This document shows positions 1 to 7,663 of a stretch of 40,356 bases of DNA, piece by piece. Position 1 is the first letter of the stretch. Every line of letters starts with the position of its first letter. The notes under the pieces are model-generated. The model saw only the letters and a list, made by a program, of their open reading frames with translations, was not told where the DNA came from and ran no database searches. The stretch lies in contig SFUB01000002.1 in NCBI GenBank assembly GCA_004561785.1, positions 1 to 40,356 on the forward strand. The letters run 5' to 3'. The DNA is from a bacterium (GTDB lineage: Bacteria > Bacillota_I > Bacilli_A > RFN20 > CAG-826). Both the position numbers and the translations under genes were made by a program.

Positions 1-462
1 AGATTTATCTCCTGCTAAAATACGAACAGAACCATAAGTAGAATCTGAATAATAAATATTTCCACTACGAACATCCAAACCACTTGCAAGAAAACCACTA
101 CATCCTACACAATCAGGTCCATATCCACTAAGACTCCCTATCTGAGTTTCTAATACATCACTAACTTCTTCTTCAACTGGAGAAGAAACTTCTTCAGTAA
201 TACACTCTTTTTCTTGACTATACTTTGAAACTTCTTCTTCAACACTGTTCTCTACATCATCTTGTATATTTATCAAATCATCCTGTTTTTCTTCAACAAC
301 TTGATTTTCTTTAAAATTCACAAGATCTGAACTTTTAAGTTTCTTAACATCAAGCTCAGTAGAAATTGTGATAGAATCCATACTATGAATTCCAATTCCT
401 ATAATATAAGCAATAATTCCTACTACTAAAATAGTATTTAGAATATAACTACAAATTTTCAT
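1..462 (-). CDS. Partial CDS whose C-terminus runs off the window. It has an N-terminal TM anchor, an acidic Glu/Asp-rich linker, then a 3D/RlpA-like (double-psi beta-barrel) cell-wall-associated domain.
   Basis: Hand translation of the minus strand from ATG (462..460) stays open to position 1: MKICSYILNTILVVGIIAYIIGIGIHSMDS...EEEVSDVLETQIGSLSGYGPDCVGCSGFLASGLDVRSGNIYYSDSTYGSVRILAGDKS. AGGAG (rc of 470..474) lies 7 nt upstream of the ATG, and TATAAT (rc of 488..493) lies further upstream. The ORF is absent from the supplied track because it is truncated. It is about 27-30% GC with A/T-ending codons, unlike the rest of the window. Confidence 0.55.
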   Translation of the reverse strand, partial: MKICSYILNTILVVGIIAYIIGIGIHSMDSITISTELDVKKLKSSDLVNFKENQVVEEKQDDLINIQDDVENSVEEEVSKYSQEKECITEEVSSPVEEEVSDVLETQIGSLSGYGPDCVGCSGFLASGLDVRSGNIYYSDSTYGSVRILAGDKS

Positions 463-487
463 AAAAAAACTCCTTTCGGGCCATGGC

Positions 488-493
488 ATTATA
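488..493 (-). promoter_or_regulatory. Candidate -10 box (TATAAT) for the low-GC 3D-domain gene
   Basis: The rc of 488..493 is TATAAT, about 25 nt upstream of the ATG at 462, with AGGAG between them. It lies in the GC-richer flank. Confidence 0.35.
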
Positions 494-564
494 CAGGCGC
501 GCGCATGTAAGTGAAAAGGAAAAGATTGTCGAAAACGCGACCGGCGAGTATCCCCACTACCGAT

Positions 565-1827
565 TTAAAGCAGCAGGGTCGCGGCCTGGTCCTTTTCAAG
601 GGCGAAGATGCATCCAGAGACATTTAAGACAGCTTTCTCGCCCCGATTCAAAAAGGCGAAAACCTTCTTTCCGTCGGGATTGATAACGCCGCAGGCGAAA
701 AGATCGGGGAGGGGTGAGTCTAAACGCAGGCTCTTGGCCCCGGGGCGGATGAAATGGGAGAGGTGATAGATCGCGTAATAAGACGGCAATAAGAAGGGCT
801 TCCCCTCCTTCATCATGACGGGGGCTTCGCAGAAGTTCCCCACGTGGTTCGGGCCGCCTTTTTCATCCAGGAGCAAATTCCAATCCAGGAAGAGCGTGCA
901 TCCGTTGTTGAGGTCCTGGATGTAATTCTCTAGGTAGCGGAGGAAGGAGGAATAAGCGCCGATCTCCCCGGCGAAATCGTTGGTGAGGGTCTCGACGCAT
1001 CCTTCGGTGAAGATGAAGCGTTTGTCCGGATGCTCCAAGACGGCTTTCTTGACCTCCTCGAAGGCGACGCGGTCATACCAATGGAAGGCGACGCCGGAAG
1101 CGTCTATTGAATCGAGGGATAGAATCTTGTCGATTCTCCGGCGCAGGTTGTCTCGGTTGTGGTCGTGGACGAAGATCTCGGCGTCCGGGTTCTCTTTCTT
1201 GAGTTCTTTGAGCAGGGCGGCCTCTTCCTCGGGGGAATAGAGGCAGGACTCCCAGGTTTGCTTGGCCTCGGGCTCATTCTGGACGGTGAGGCAACTCACG
1301 GGTAGGCCCCGCTTCTCCATCTCTTTTCGGAATAAGGCGACGTATTGAGCCTGTTTAGGATAATCCTCGGGTTTGAGTTTGCCCCCACGGCATTTCTGCC
1401 CGTTATCTTTCCATAGAGCCAAAGGGGACCAAGTGGAGGCTAAAAGAGACAAGGAAGCCGCTTCTTTTTTCGCGTCGAGGAGCATCGGGATGAGCTTTTT
1501 GTCTTCGTGGGAAAAAGAGAAGGTAGAAAGGTCTTCCCCCTCGGTGTAGTCAAATTCCCCCAAGGAGAAATCGCTGCTGCCGACGCAGACCCTGCCAAAG
1601 GTATAGGCCAGCCCATCTCGCGAGAAGCAGGCTTTGAGGAAGGCCTCGCGGTCCTCTTCGCTTAAGGAAGCGTATACGTGCGCGGCGCTTTCGGTGAAGG
1701 CACCCCCGAACCCCAAAAACGGGAAGTGGGATAATCCCTCGTCGATTTTCACCGGGACCGCCTCCCCCGCTTCAAGAGGCGAGGCTTTCTGAAGGTAGGA
1801 TCCTTCTCGGCTTAGATAGAGTTCCAT
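565..1827 (-). CDS. Glycoside hydrolase family 30 (glucosylceramidase / beta-glycosidase-like), apparently cytoplasmic
   Basis: The translation carries GH30-like motifs: GFGGAFTESAA near the N-terminus, TVQNEPE (acid/base Glu region) and FTEGC (nucleophile Glu region). There is no signal peptide. The track start at 1833 is TTG. I prefer ATG at 1827 (MELYLS...), preceded by GAAAGGA at 7 nt spacing. The upstream gene's TGA (1830..1832) lies 2 nt before it. Confidence 0.8.
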   Translation of the reverse strand: MELYLSREGSYLQKASPLEAGEAVPVKIDEGLSHFPFLGFGGAFTESAAHVYASLSEEDREAFLKACFSRDGLAYTFGRVCVGSSDFSLGEFDYTEGEDLSTFSFSHEDKKLIPMLLDAKKEAASLSLLASTWSPLALWKDNGQKCRGGKLKPEDYPKQAQYVALFRKEMEKRGLPVSCLTVQNEPEAKQTWESCLYSPEEEAALLKELKKENPDAEIFVHDHNRDNLRRRIDKILSLDSIDASGVAFHWYDRVAFEEVKKAVLEHPDKRFIFTEGCVETLTNDFAGEIGAYSSFLRYLENYIQDLNNGCTLFLDWNLLLDEKGGPNHVGNFCEAPVMMKEGKPFLLPSYYAIYHLSHFIRPGAKSLRLDSPLPDLFACGVINPDGKKVFAFLNRGEKAVLNVSGCIFALEKDQAATLLL

Positions 1828-1829
1828 GG

Positions 1830-2414
1830 TCAATTCCTTTCCCCGGCCCTTCCGGAGGAGAGCTGGAAATAAAGCTCCAGCAACAAAGCGTTGTGGTAAT
1901 CGCGGATGTCGAGTTCGGTCTTCTCGATGAAGGCGTTCAGGCGATAGGAGAAGGTGTTTCGATGGATGAAGAGTTCCTTGGCCGAAAGCGAGGCGTCGAG
2001 CCCGCAGCGGAGATAGGTGCCCGCGGTGAGCATCAGCTCATGGTCGAGCTTCGAGAACATCGAGGCGAGCAAAGGGTAGGAAGAATAATCCCCGAAGTTC
2101 ATCTCCTTCATCAAGACGTCGGGAGGAAAAACCGCTTGGTTCGGAAAATAAGTGAGGGCGTTGCGGAGCAAATGAATCGACAAAGGATCCCGGGCGTGGG
2201 TGCAGAGAAAAGACAAAGACCCCTGCAGATCCTCTCGAAGAGGCAGTAGCATTGAGGAGATCGCCGGGTAATCGGACGAGGATAAAACGAGCTCCCCTTC
2301 GCAGGGCGAATAATAGACGAGGCTCTCCAAGGATAGCCCAGCCCCTTCCAAAGCCGCCTCAAAGCTCTTTTTGGGGATCGAGGAGGTGGAAAGGAACAGG
2401 AAATGTTTGTTCAT
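1830..2414 (-). CDS. PucR/CdaR-type transcriptional regulator (C-terminal HTH)
   Basis: The C-terminus, TAGTYLRCGLDASLSAKELFIHRNTFSYRLNAFIEKTELDIRDYHNAL, matches the PucR C-terminal HTH pattern (A..L.iHrNT..YRl..i). The start is chosen at ATG 2414 (MNKHFLF...) rather than the track start at 2495, because TGcGATAAT lies just upstream of 2414. Confidence 0.6.
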   Translation of the reverse strand: MNKHFLFLSTSSIPKKSFEAALEGAGLSLESLVYYSPCEGELVLSSSDYPAISSMLLPLREDLQGSLSFLCTHARDPLSIHLLRNALTYFPNQAVFPPDVLMKEMNFGDYSSYPLLASMFSKLDHELMLTAGTYLRCGLDASLSAKELFIHRNTFSYRLNAFIEKTELDIRDYHNALLLELYFQLSSGRAGERN

Positions 2415-2423
2415 GCGTGTCTC

Positions 2424-2432
2424 ATTATCGCA
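2424..2432 (-). promoter_or_regulatory. Extended -10 (TGcGATAAT), 9 nt upstream of the ATG at 2414; candidate leaderless promoter
   Basis: The rc of 2424..2432 is TGCGATAAT. No SD-like purine run lies between it and the ATG. Confidence 0.35.
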
Positions 2433-2507
2433 GGAAAAGGATTCGGGAAAAAGACTCCAGAAAGAAGGAGACGCTTGCAGGGATGGAAACGGCAAGCCGC
2501 ATCGAAG

Positions 2508-2990
2508 TCAAAGTCTTTGAAAGCTGAAATACATGCCTAGCCCATCCAATAGAAGGAAAGGCAAGGAACATGCCAGATAGGAAATCGATCCCGATCCGAG
2601 CCCTTCATAAGAGCCGTAGACGGGGAGGGAGAGAAGGACCAGAAAGCATGAGAGGGCAACCAAGGCAAAATGGATCAAAGCAAGATATCGGGCCAAGATC
2701 GAGGAGGGCTTCCGGCTGATCGAGGCGACGAATAGCCATAGCGAAAAGGCAGTCAGGAGCAAGGTGAAGGAGAACAGGATCAGCCCCAAGGGAGTCGGGG
2801 AATATTCGATCATCCGCCTAAGCGGCAAAGAGGAGGAATCGATGCGGACCCCGCCGAAGATGAGGTCATACCAGGAGGGGCTGAGGGGAGAGGAACCATA
2901 GGCTTTGCCCAAGAAGCAAAAGAAAAGCAGACTCGAAAGGAACGAGGATAGGCAATAGAAGATTTTGGCCAGCGGCAGCTTCGTTTTCAT
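2508..2990 (-). CDS. Hypothetical integral membrane protein (about 4 TM segments)
   Basis: The 160-aa ORF has several long hydrophobic stretches (FYCLSSFLSSLLFFCFLG, LGLILFSFTLLLTAFSLWLFVA, LALIHFALVALSCFLVLLSL). It sits inside the minus-strand sugar locus. No family was recognised. Confidence 0.5.
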   Translation of the reverse strand: MKTKLPLAKIFYCLSSFLSSLLFFCFLGKAYGSSPLSPSWYDLIFGGVRIDSSSLPLRRMIEYSPTPLGLILFSFTLLLTAFSLWLFVASISRKPSSILARYLALIHFALVALSCFLVLLSLPVYGSYEGLGSGSISYLACSLPFLLLDGLGMYFSFQRL

Positions 2991-3033
2991 GCTCGTTTAG
3001 GATAGACGGCGGCTCGTTTTCTATCAACGGCGT

Positions 3034-4362
3034 CTAGAGTTTGGGAAGGCAGGCGGCGATGTAGCTTTGGCCGAGCCGTTTGAAGTTCTCGTCGCCGCTA
3101 AGAAGATCCATGGCAATGCCCCTCGAATCGAGGTATTCCTTGGCTTTTTCTAGAAGCAAGTCCCCTCCTTCCCCGGTCATGACGCGGCCTAAGAGCAAGG
3201 CTGATTTCACGGGGTAGAAAAGGGAAAGGTAGGCTAACGCGGTCCCTAGATACAAACCCATGTCGCAATAGGCGTCCCGGACGAGAGGGTCGTTTTCTTT
3301 CATCTTGGCTTGGATTTGCAGGAGTTTCTCGGCGAGGGAGCCATGGAGTTCCATTCCGTTATTCTCAAGGAGCAGGATGATCCCTTTTTGCGATAGGTAT
3401 TCCGAGGCCGCTCCCTGGACGGAGAAAAGATAATGCTTCCTGGCGTTTTTCGAAAAATTGACCGGGCATTTGCTGAGCTCGTTGATCCAAGAGAGCAAAT
3501 GGCCGTTCTCGGCGTACCCGGCGGCGAAGGAAGTGCCCAACGCTAGACCCAAGACGTTTTCCTGGCGGAAGAGGATCTGGGCCCCGATCGCGGAGACGTC
3601 CCCGTCGTTTTCGACTTGGAAGGGGACATTCCCGAAAAGGGAGGGAATGAGCTGCTTAAAAATCGGGCGGACGTGGGCCTTCAGATCGTCCTCGGGGACG
3701 GATCGGAACAAGGCGGGGAAGGTAAGTTCGTTGTCCAAGACCACACCGGCCGTGGAGACCCCCACCGCATCGACCCGTTCTAGATGCGAGGAGGCGGAAA
3801 GAAGCGAAGCGCGGATGCCCTCTTCTTGGTAGCGCCAATCCTCCTGGGACTTCGGATCCCAAAGGACTTCCTCGGAATAAACCACCTTGCCATCGACGCA
3901 GGCGGTCACCTTGCGGTCGCTCCCACCGAGGTCAAGGCCGATCCTATGCCCGGAAAAGGAATCCCCGAACGGGATGGGGATGTCTTTCCTTTCCGGAAGA
4001 GCGGGGCATAAAGACATCGAGATGTCGAAGGCCATGATCTTGCTGGCCGCCTCCAACGAAGATTGGATCTCTTCATCGCGGCTGGATTCCTTGAGGAACT
4101 TTTGGGCGAAAGGGCTCACGGGGCCAAGGAGGATGTGCTCCCCGCCGATCATCCAAAGAAGGCTCAGAAGGATCTTCTTGGCCATGAAATAGGATTCTTC
4201 GAAATCTTCGCTCACTCGGAAAGAAAAGGGATAGCAGAGCCCGCTTTCGCGGGTGATTGCGATCCCAAAAGGAATATCGGCGCGCGATTGAAAGGAAAGG
4301 AAGGAATCGTAGGCGGATTCGAAATTCCTTTCCAAACGGAAAGAAGGGGAATCGGAGCTCAT
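3034..4362 (-). CDS. ROK-like / ASKHA-fold sugar kinase-like protein with an unrecognised N-terminal extension of about 135 aa
   Basis: From about residue 140 it carries HRIGLDLGGSDRKVTACVDGKVV (phosphate-1 motif), VGVSTAGVV, VENDGDVSAIGA and LALGTSFAAGY, which is ROK-type spacing. The ROK CxCGxxGC zinc motif is absent. Its ATG overlaps the TGA of the permease (ATGA at 4359..4362). Confidence 0.55.
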   Translation of the reverse strand: MSSDSPSFRLERNFESAYDSFLSFQSRADIPFGIAITRESGLCYPFSFRVSEDFEESYFMAKKILLSLLWMIGGEHILLGPVSPFAQKFLKESSRDEEIQSSLEAASKIMAFDISMSLCPALPERKDIPIPFGDSFSGHRIGLDLGGSDRKVTACVDGKVVYSEEVLWDPKSQEDWRYQEEGIRASLLSASSHLERVDAVGVSTAGVVLDNELTFPALFRSVPEDDLKAHVRPIFKQLIPSLFGNVPFQVENDGDVSAIGAQILFRQENVLGLALGTSFAAGYAENGHLLSWINELSKCPVNFSKNARKHYLFSVQGAASEYLSQKGIILLLENNGMELHGSLAEKLLQIQAKMKENDPLVRDAYCDMGLYLGTALAYLSLFYPVKSALLLGRVMTGEGGDLLLEKAKEYLDSRGIAMDLLSGDENFKRLGQSYIAACLPKL

Positions 4363-6173
4363 TTTCCGCCCACGCCTTTATCGATGGAGGCACCGGTGAT
4401 CCTGTTGACGATGAAGTTGATGAGCAGAACGGTGACGATGATGAGGAGGTTCAAGGCGTTCGCGTGCTGCGGCCAGTATTGCATCCAGCTGTCGAGCAAG
4501 GTGGTGAGCAAGGTCGTCTGGGCGCCGCAAAGGAGGACGAACAGGGAGAGTTCCCTCATGCAGGAGGTGAACGGGAGGATATAGCCGGAGATGAAGGTCG
4601 ATTTCTGAATTGGGAAGATGATGCGGACCATGCGCTTCCACCAAGGGATGTTTTGAATGGTCGCGGATTCCTCGATCTCGGAGGAGAGCTGCATCATCGC
4701 GGAGATGCCGCTGCGGGAGGCGAAGGGGAGGTATTTGATCGAGCCGACGATGATGAGGAGGATCATCGATCCCTGCAAACCCCAGGTCTTTCCGATCGAA
4801 AGGAAAGCGACGCCCAAAGCCATGGAAGGCATGAGGTAGGGCAAGAAGGCGAGATTATCGAGGGCTTTGGAGAGGAAGGTATCGCGCTTCTTGGCGACGG
4901 CATATCCAACCAAAACGCCCAAGCTGCCGGCGATGAGGGCGCAGGAGACGGAGAGGAGGAGCGAGTTCCCGAAGGCTTTCCAGACCTCAGGCTCGAAGAG
5001 GATGCCTTTTAGACCGTTATTGGTGGAGGTCGATCCTTGGGAGATCCAATACTCAAGGGTAAAGGTCGAATAATCGCCCGGAATGACGCAGAGGGATTCA
5101 AGCGCGAAGGTGACGAGCGGAGCGATGGAGAAGAAGAGGCAGATGACGACCAAGATCACGGCGCCGACCCACTTCCCCCACTTAAGATCGATATAGGAGA
5201 TCTGGCCGGATTTGCCGGAGACGGTCGTGAAGTTCTTTCTCTTGCCGGTGAGCAGCTGGTTGGCAAGGAGGATCGAGACGCCGAGGACGATCAAGACGAT
5301 GCCCATGATGTAGCCTTGGCCGAACCTTCCGCCGTTGATGAACATCTTCATGTAAGTGGTAAGGAATTTATATCCGCCGCCGATGTATTGAGGAACGGCG
5401 TAGGCCGACATCGAGGAGGCGAAGACGAGAAGGAACGTCGACATGATGGCGGGCATCACGATCGGCAAGGTGATCTTGCGGATGATCTTGAAGCGGCTGG
5501 CCTGAAGGATGGTGGCCGCCTCTTCGAGGTTGGCGTCCATGTTCTTGAGGATGCCGCCGATTAGGATGTAGGCGAAGGGGGCGTAATGGAGGCCCAAGAC
5601 GATGGCGCTAGGAACCAAGCCGTAGACCATTTCGTAAGGGACGGAGATGTGGAATAAGTTGTAGAGCATGCCGCCCACGCCGGTGCCGATGGAGGGATTC
5701 TGGAAGAAGTTTTTCCAGAAGGTGGCAAGGGTCCAGGAAGGCATGATGTAAGGGAAGACGAAGACCGAGGAGATGATCTTTTTGCCTTTGATGTTGGTGC
5801 GGGTGATGAGGAAGGCCACGACTCCGCCATAGAGGATGGCGATGACGGAAGACATCAAGGACATCAAAAGGGAATTTTTCAATGGCTCATAGAAGTATTG
5901 GACCGCGTAAGGGGAGGCGAAGAGATACCACCACCAATAACCGGTGAGATCCCCCATTTTGGCCCCCTTTAAAAAGACCAGTTCGTTGATGGAGGAAACG
6001 GTGAAGCTCGATGAAATCAGGGTGATGGCCGGATAAACGGTGAAATAAAGCAAAACCAAGCACCCGACGACGAGGATCACGTTCGCCGGAACGCGCAGAA
6101 ACTGAATGAAATGGCGGAAAGCCAAGCCGATGGGGCTGACTTTGCGGCTTTTTTCGAGAACCGATGCTGCCAT
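4359..6173 (-). CDS. ABC importer permease, a fusion of two transmembrane (BPD_transp_1-type) domains
   Basis: There are about 12 hydrophobic segments and two EAA-type loops: EEAATILQASRFKIIRKITLPIVMPAI and EESATIQNIPWWKRMVRIIFPIQKST. The start is moved from the track position (6215, inside a hairpin loop) to ATG 6173 (MAASVLEK...), which has AAGGAG 8 nt upstream. Confidence 0.85.
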   Translation of the reverse strand: MAASVLEKSRKVSPIGLAFRHFIQFLRVPANVILVVGCLVLLYFTVYPAITLISSSFTVSSINELVFLKGAKMGDLTGYWWWYLFASPYAVQYFYEPLKNSLLMSLMSSVIAILYGGVVAFLITRTNIKGKKIISSVFVFPYIMPSWTLATFWKNFFQNPSIGTGVGGMLYNLFHISVPYEMVYGLVPSAIVLGLHYAPFAYILIGGILKNMDANLEEAATILQASRFKIIRKITLPIVMPAIMSTFLLVFASSMSAYAVPQYIGGGYKFLTTYMKMFINGGRFGQGYIMGIVLIVLGVSILLANQLLTGKRKNFTTVSGKSGQISYIDLKWGKWVGAVILVVICLFFSIAPLVTFALESLCVIPGDYSTFTLEYWISQGSTSTNNGLKGILFEPEVWKAFGNSLLLSVSCALIAGSLGVLVGYAVAKKRDTFLSKALDNLAFLPYLMPSMALGVAFLSIGKTWGLQGSMILLIIVGSIKYLPFASRSGISAMMQLSSEIEESATIQNIPWWKRMVRIIFPIQKSTFISGYILPFTSCMRELSLFVLLCGAQTTLLTTLLDSWMQYWPQHANALNLLIIVTVLLINFIVNRITGASIDKGVGGK

Positions 6174-6203
6174 AGAAAAATCTCCTTCGAAATAAAGCGA
6201 AAT

Positions 6204-6228
6204 CGGGGCGGACATTCGGTCCGCCCCG
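6204..6228 (-). terminator. Intercistronic stem-loop / partial terminator between the binding-protein and permease genes
   Basis: A perfect 10-bp stem, CGGGGCGGAC (6204..6213) / GTCCGCCCCG (6219..6228), encloses a 5-nt loop. On the minus strand it is followed by the U-rich ATTTCGCTTTATTTCG. Confidence 0.5.
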
Positions 6229-6246
6229 AAGTAGTCTAACGGCGAA

Positions 6247-7458
6247 TTACTTGATGCCGTCGATCCAGGGGCTCAATTCGGCCTGGACTTCGTTGATCCA
6301 CTTCCCGTCTTCCATGACGAGGGTGTTCTTGTAGAAGCTGAGGTCCTTGTCGCCATCATGGACGGGGACGTCTTTGTTCGCGGAATAGCCGCCAATCGAG
6401 GAAGCCCAGGGTTTGAAGCCTTCTTCCGTCATGAGGTAATTCGTGAAAAGCATGGCGGTGTAGGGGCGAGGTCCGTGGGTGGCGAGCTGAGCATAGAGGC
6501 CATACATGAAGCCGGCGAACGGGGTGATGCTCTCCTGTTCCCAAGCGCCGACGGTCAAATTGTCGGAAAGAACAGAGCTCGAGCGGAGCTTAGAAAGGAC
6601 GAAGAGGCCGACTTTGCCGGAGTTCTCAGGCTTAGAAAGGCCGTTGGCGATGTCGGTATCACCGCCAAAGGAGGTGGTATCGGCGTTCTGGAGGAAGCCT
6701 TTGATCCAGGCATAGGAGGCATTCTTCAACTCGCCGGTGGGCTGGAAATCCTTCCCGTAATAATCCTTGTAGGCCTTTTCCATCTTGGTCACCCAAGAGG
6801 GGGAGGTCAAGGTCATGAGGAAGTTCTTGTTGACGGCTTCTTTTTCCGGAGCCTTGAAGTAGATCCTATTTTTGTATTTGGCGTCGAGAAGTTCCCAAAC
6901 GTTGGTGAATTTCGGGGCGACTTCGCCTTCGACGTTGTTCCACATGAAGAGCTTGTTGATGTATTGGTTGGCGAGAGGAACAAGTTCATTCGCGTCCAAC
7001 TTGCTGTCGAAGAGGTTGCTATGGTAGTTGGTGAGGATGTCCGAGTTCTTGCGATAAAGATCAAGGGTGGCGGAATCCTGGATGAGAGTCATAGAGGCGC
7101 CCTCGGAATTGTTGGCAGATTCAGCCTCATTGCCGAGAAGGGTGAAGGTCTCGGTATCGCTCTTTTTGGAGCCAATGGCGTTGTCGGCGTTCAGCCCGAG
7201 TTCCGCGCCGTATTTGGCGACGAAGTTGTTGACGGCGTCTTTGATGCGGGAGGTGTTCCCGTAGGCGATGAACTTCCCGGATTCCTTTTTGGCCTCCGCG
7301 AGAAGCTCCTCGTTGGTCATCTTGGAGCCTTTTTCGGCGATTGGGTCCAAAGCGGTGGAAAGGGCTCCATCGCCATCCCCCCCGCCGTTTCCACCGCAAG
7401 CGGTGATGCCGATAGCCGCCAATCCGATGAGTGCGGCTGCAAGCAGTTTTTTCTTCAT
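6247..7458 (-). CDS. ABC transporter extracellular solute-binding lipoprotein
   Basis: The N-terminus MKKKLLAAALIGLAAIGITACGGNGGGDGDG is a signal peptide plus lipobox (ITAC) plus a Gly/Asp linker. The size (403 aa) and its position 5' of the permease fit a binding protein. AAGGAG lies upstream of the ATG. Confidence 0.85.
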   Translation of the reverse strand: MKKKLLAAALIGLAAIGITACGGNGGGDGDGALSTALDPIAEKGSKMTNEELLAEAKKESGKFIAYGNTSRIKDAVNNFVAKYGAELGLNADNAIGSKKSDTETFTLLGNEAESANNSEGASMTLIQDSATLDLYRKNSDILTNYHSNLFDSKLDANELVPLANQYINKLFMWNNVEGEVAPKFTNVWELLDAKYKNRIYFKAPEKEAVNKNFLMTLTSPSWVTKMEKAYKDYYGKDFQPTGELKNASYAWIKGFLQNADTTSFGGDTDIANGLSKPENSGKVGLFVLSKLRSSSVLSDNLTVGAWEQESITPFAGFMYGLYAQLATHGPRPYTAMLFTNYLMTEEGFKPWASSIGGYSANKDVPVHDGDKDLSFYKNTLVMEDGKWINEVQAELSPWIDGIK

Positions 7459-7522
7459 TTTTACTCCTTCAACCCATGAATGGGCTGGTGACTCTTGGTC
7501 ACATTGTGGTTTTATTTTGCCT

Positions 7523-7538
7523 TGAAAGGGGTTTCAAA
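7523..7538. promoter_or_regulatory. Palindromic cre-like / LacI-family-type operator candidate upstream of the importer operon
   Basis: TTGAAAGGGGTTTCAA has 6-bp arms. The core TGAAAGGGGTTTCA matches the CcpA cre consensus TGWAANCGNTNWCA at 13 of 14 positions, with the central C replaced by G. It lies about 65-80 nt upstream of the ATG at 7458. Confidence 0.3.
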
Positions 7539-7626
7539 TCAACCGGAGACGCGAAAATAATGAAGAGAAAACGTTGTTTTTTTACTTTTTATTAGTTTAG
7601 AGAATCTCTTTTGCCTCTTTTTCCGT

Positions 7627-7654
7627 TTGTCTAGAATTCCTTTTGGCTTAGAAT
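7627..7654 (+). promoter_or_regulatory. Candidate sigma-70-type promoter TTGTCT-16-TAGAAT; the ATG at 7664 is only 9 nt downstream (leaderless candidate)
   Basis: TTGTCT is at 7627..7632 and TAGAAT at 7649..7654. No SD lies before the ATG at 7664. Confidence 0.4.
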
Positions 7655-7663
7655 GTCCTTTCT

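Noticed and set aside
483-683. 66-aa plus-strand ORF spanning the GC junction and the GH30 3' end
   Set aside because: The peptide is Arg/Lys-rich and low in complexity. It overlaps the GH30 stop region and the promoter of the low-GC gene, and it has no SD.
6358-7479. 373-aa plus-strand ORF antisense to the binding-protein gene
   Set aside because: The translation is Gly/Val/Glu/Asp/Arg-rich and low in complexity, as expected from reading a GC3-rich gene on the opposite strand. It has no motifs and no SD or promoter. The minus-strand gene has a clear lipoprotein signal.
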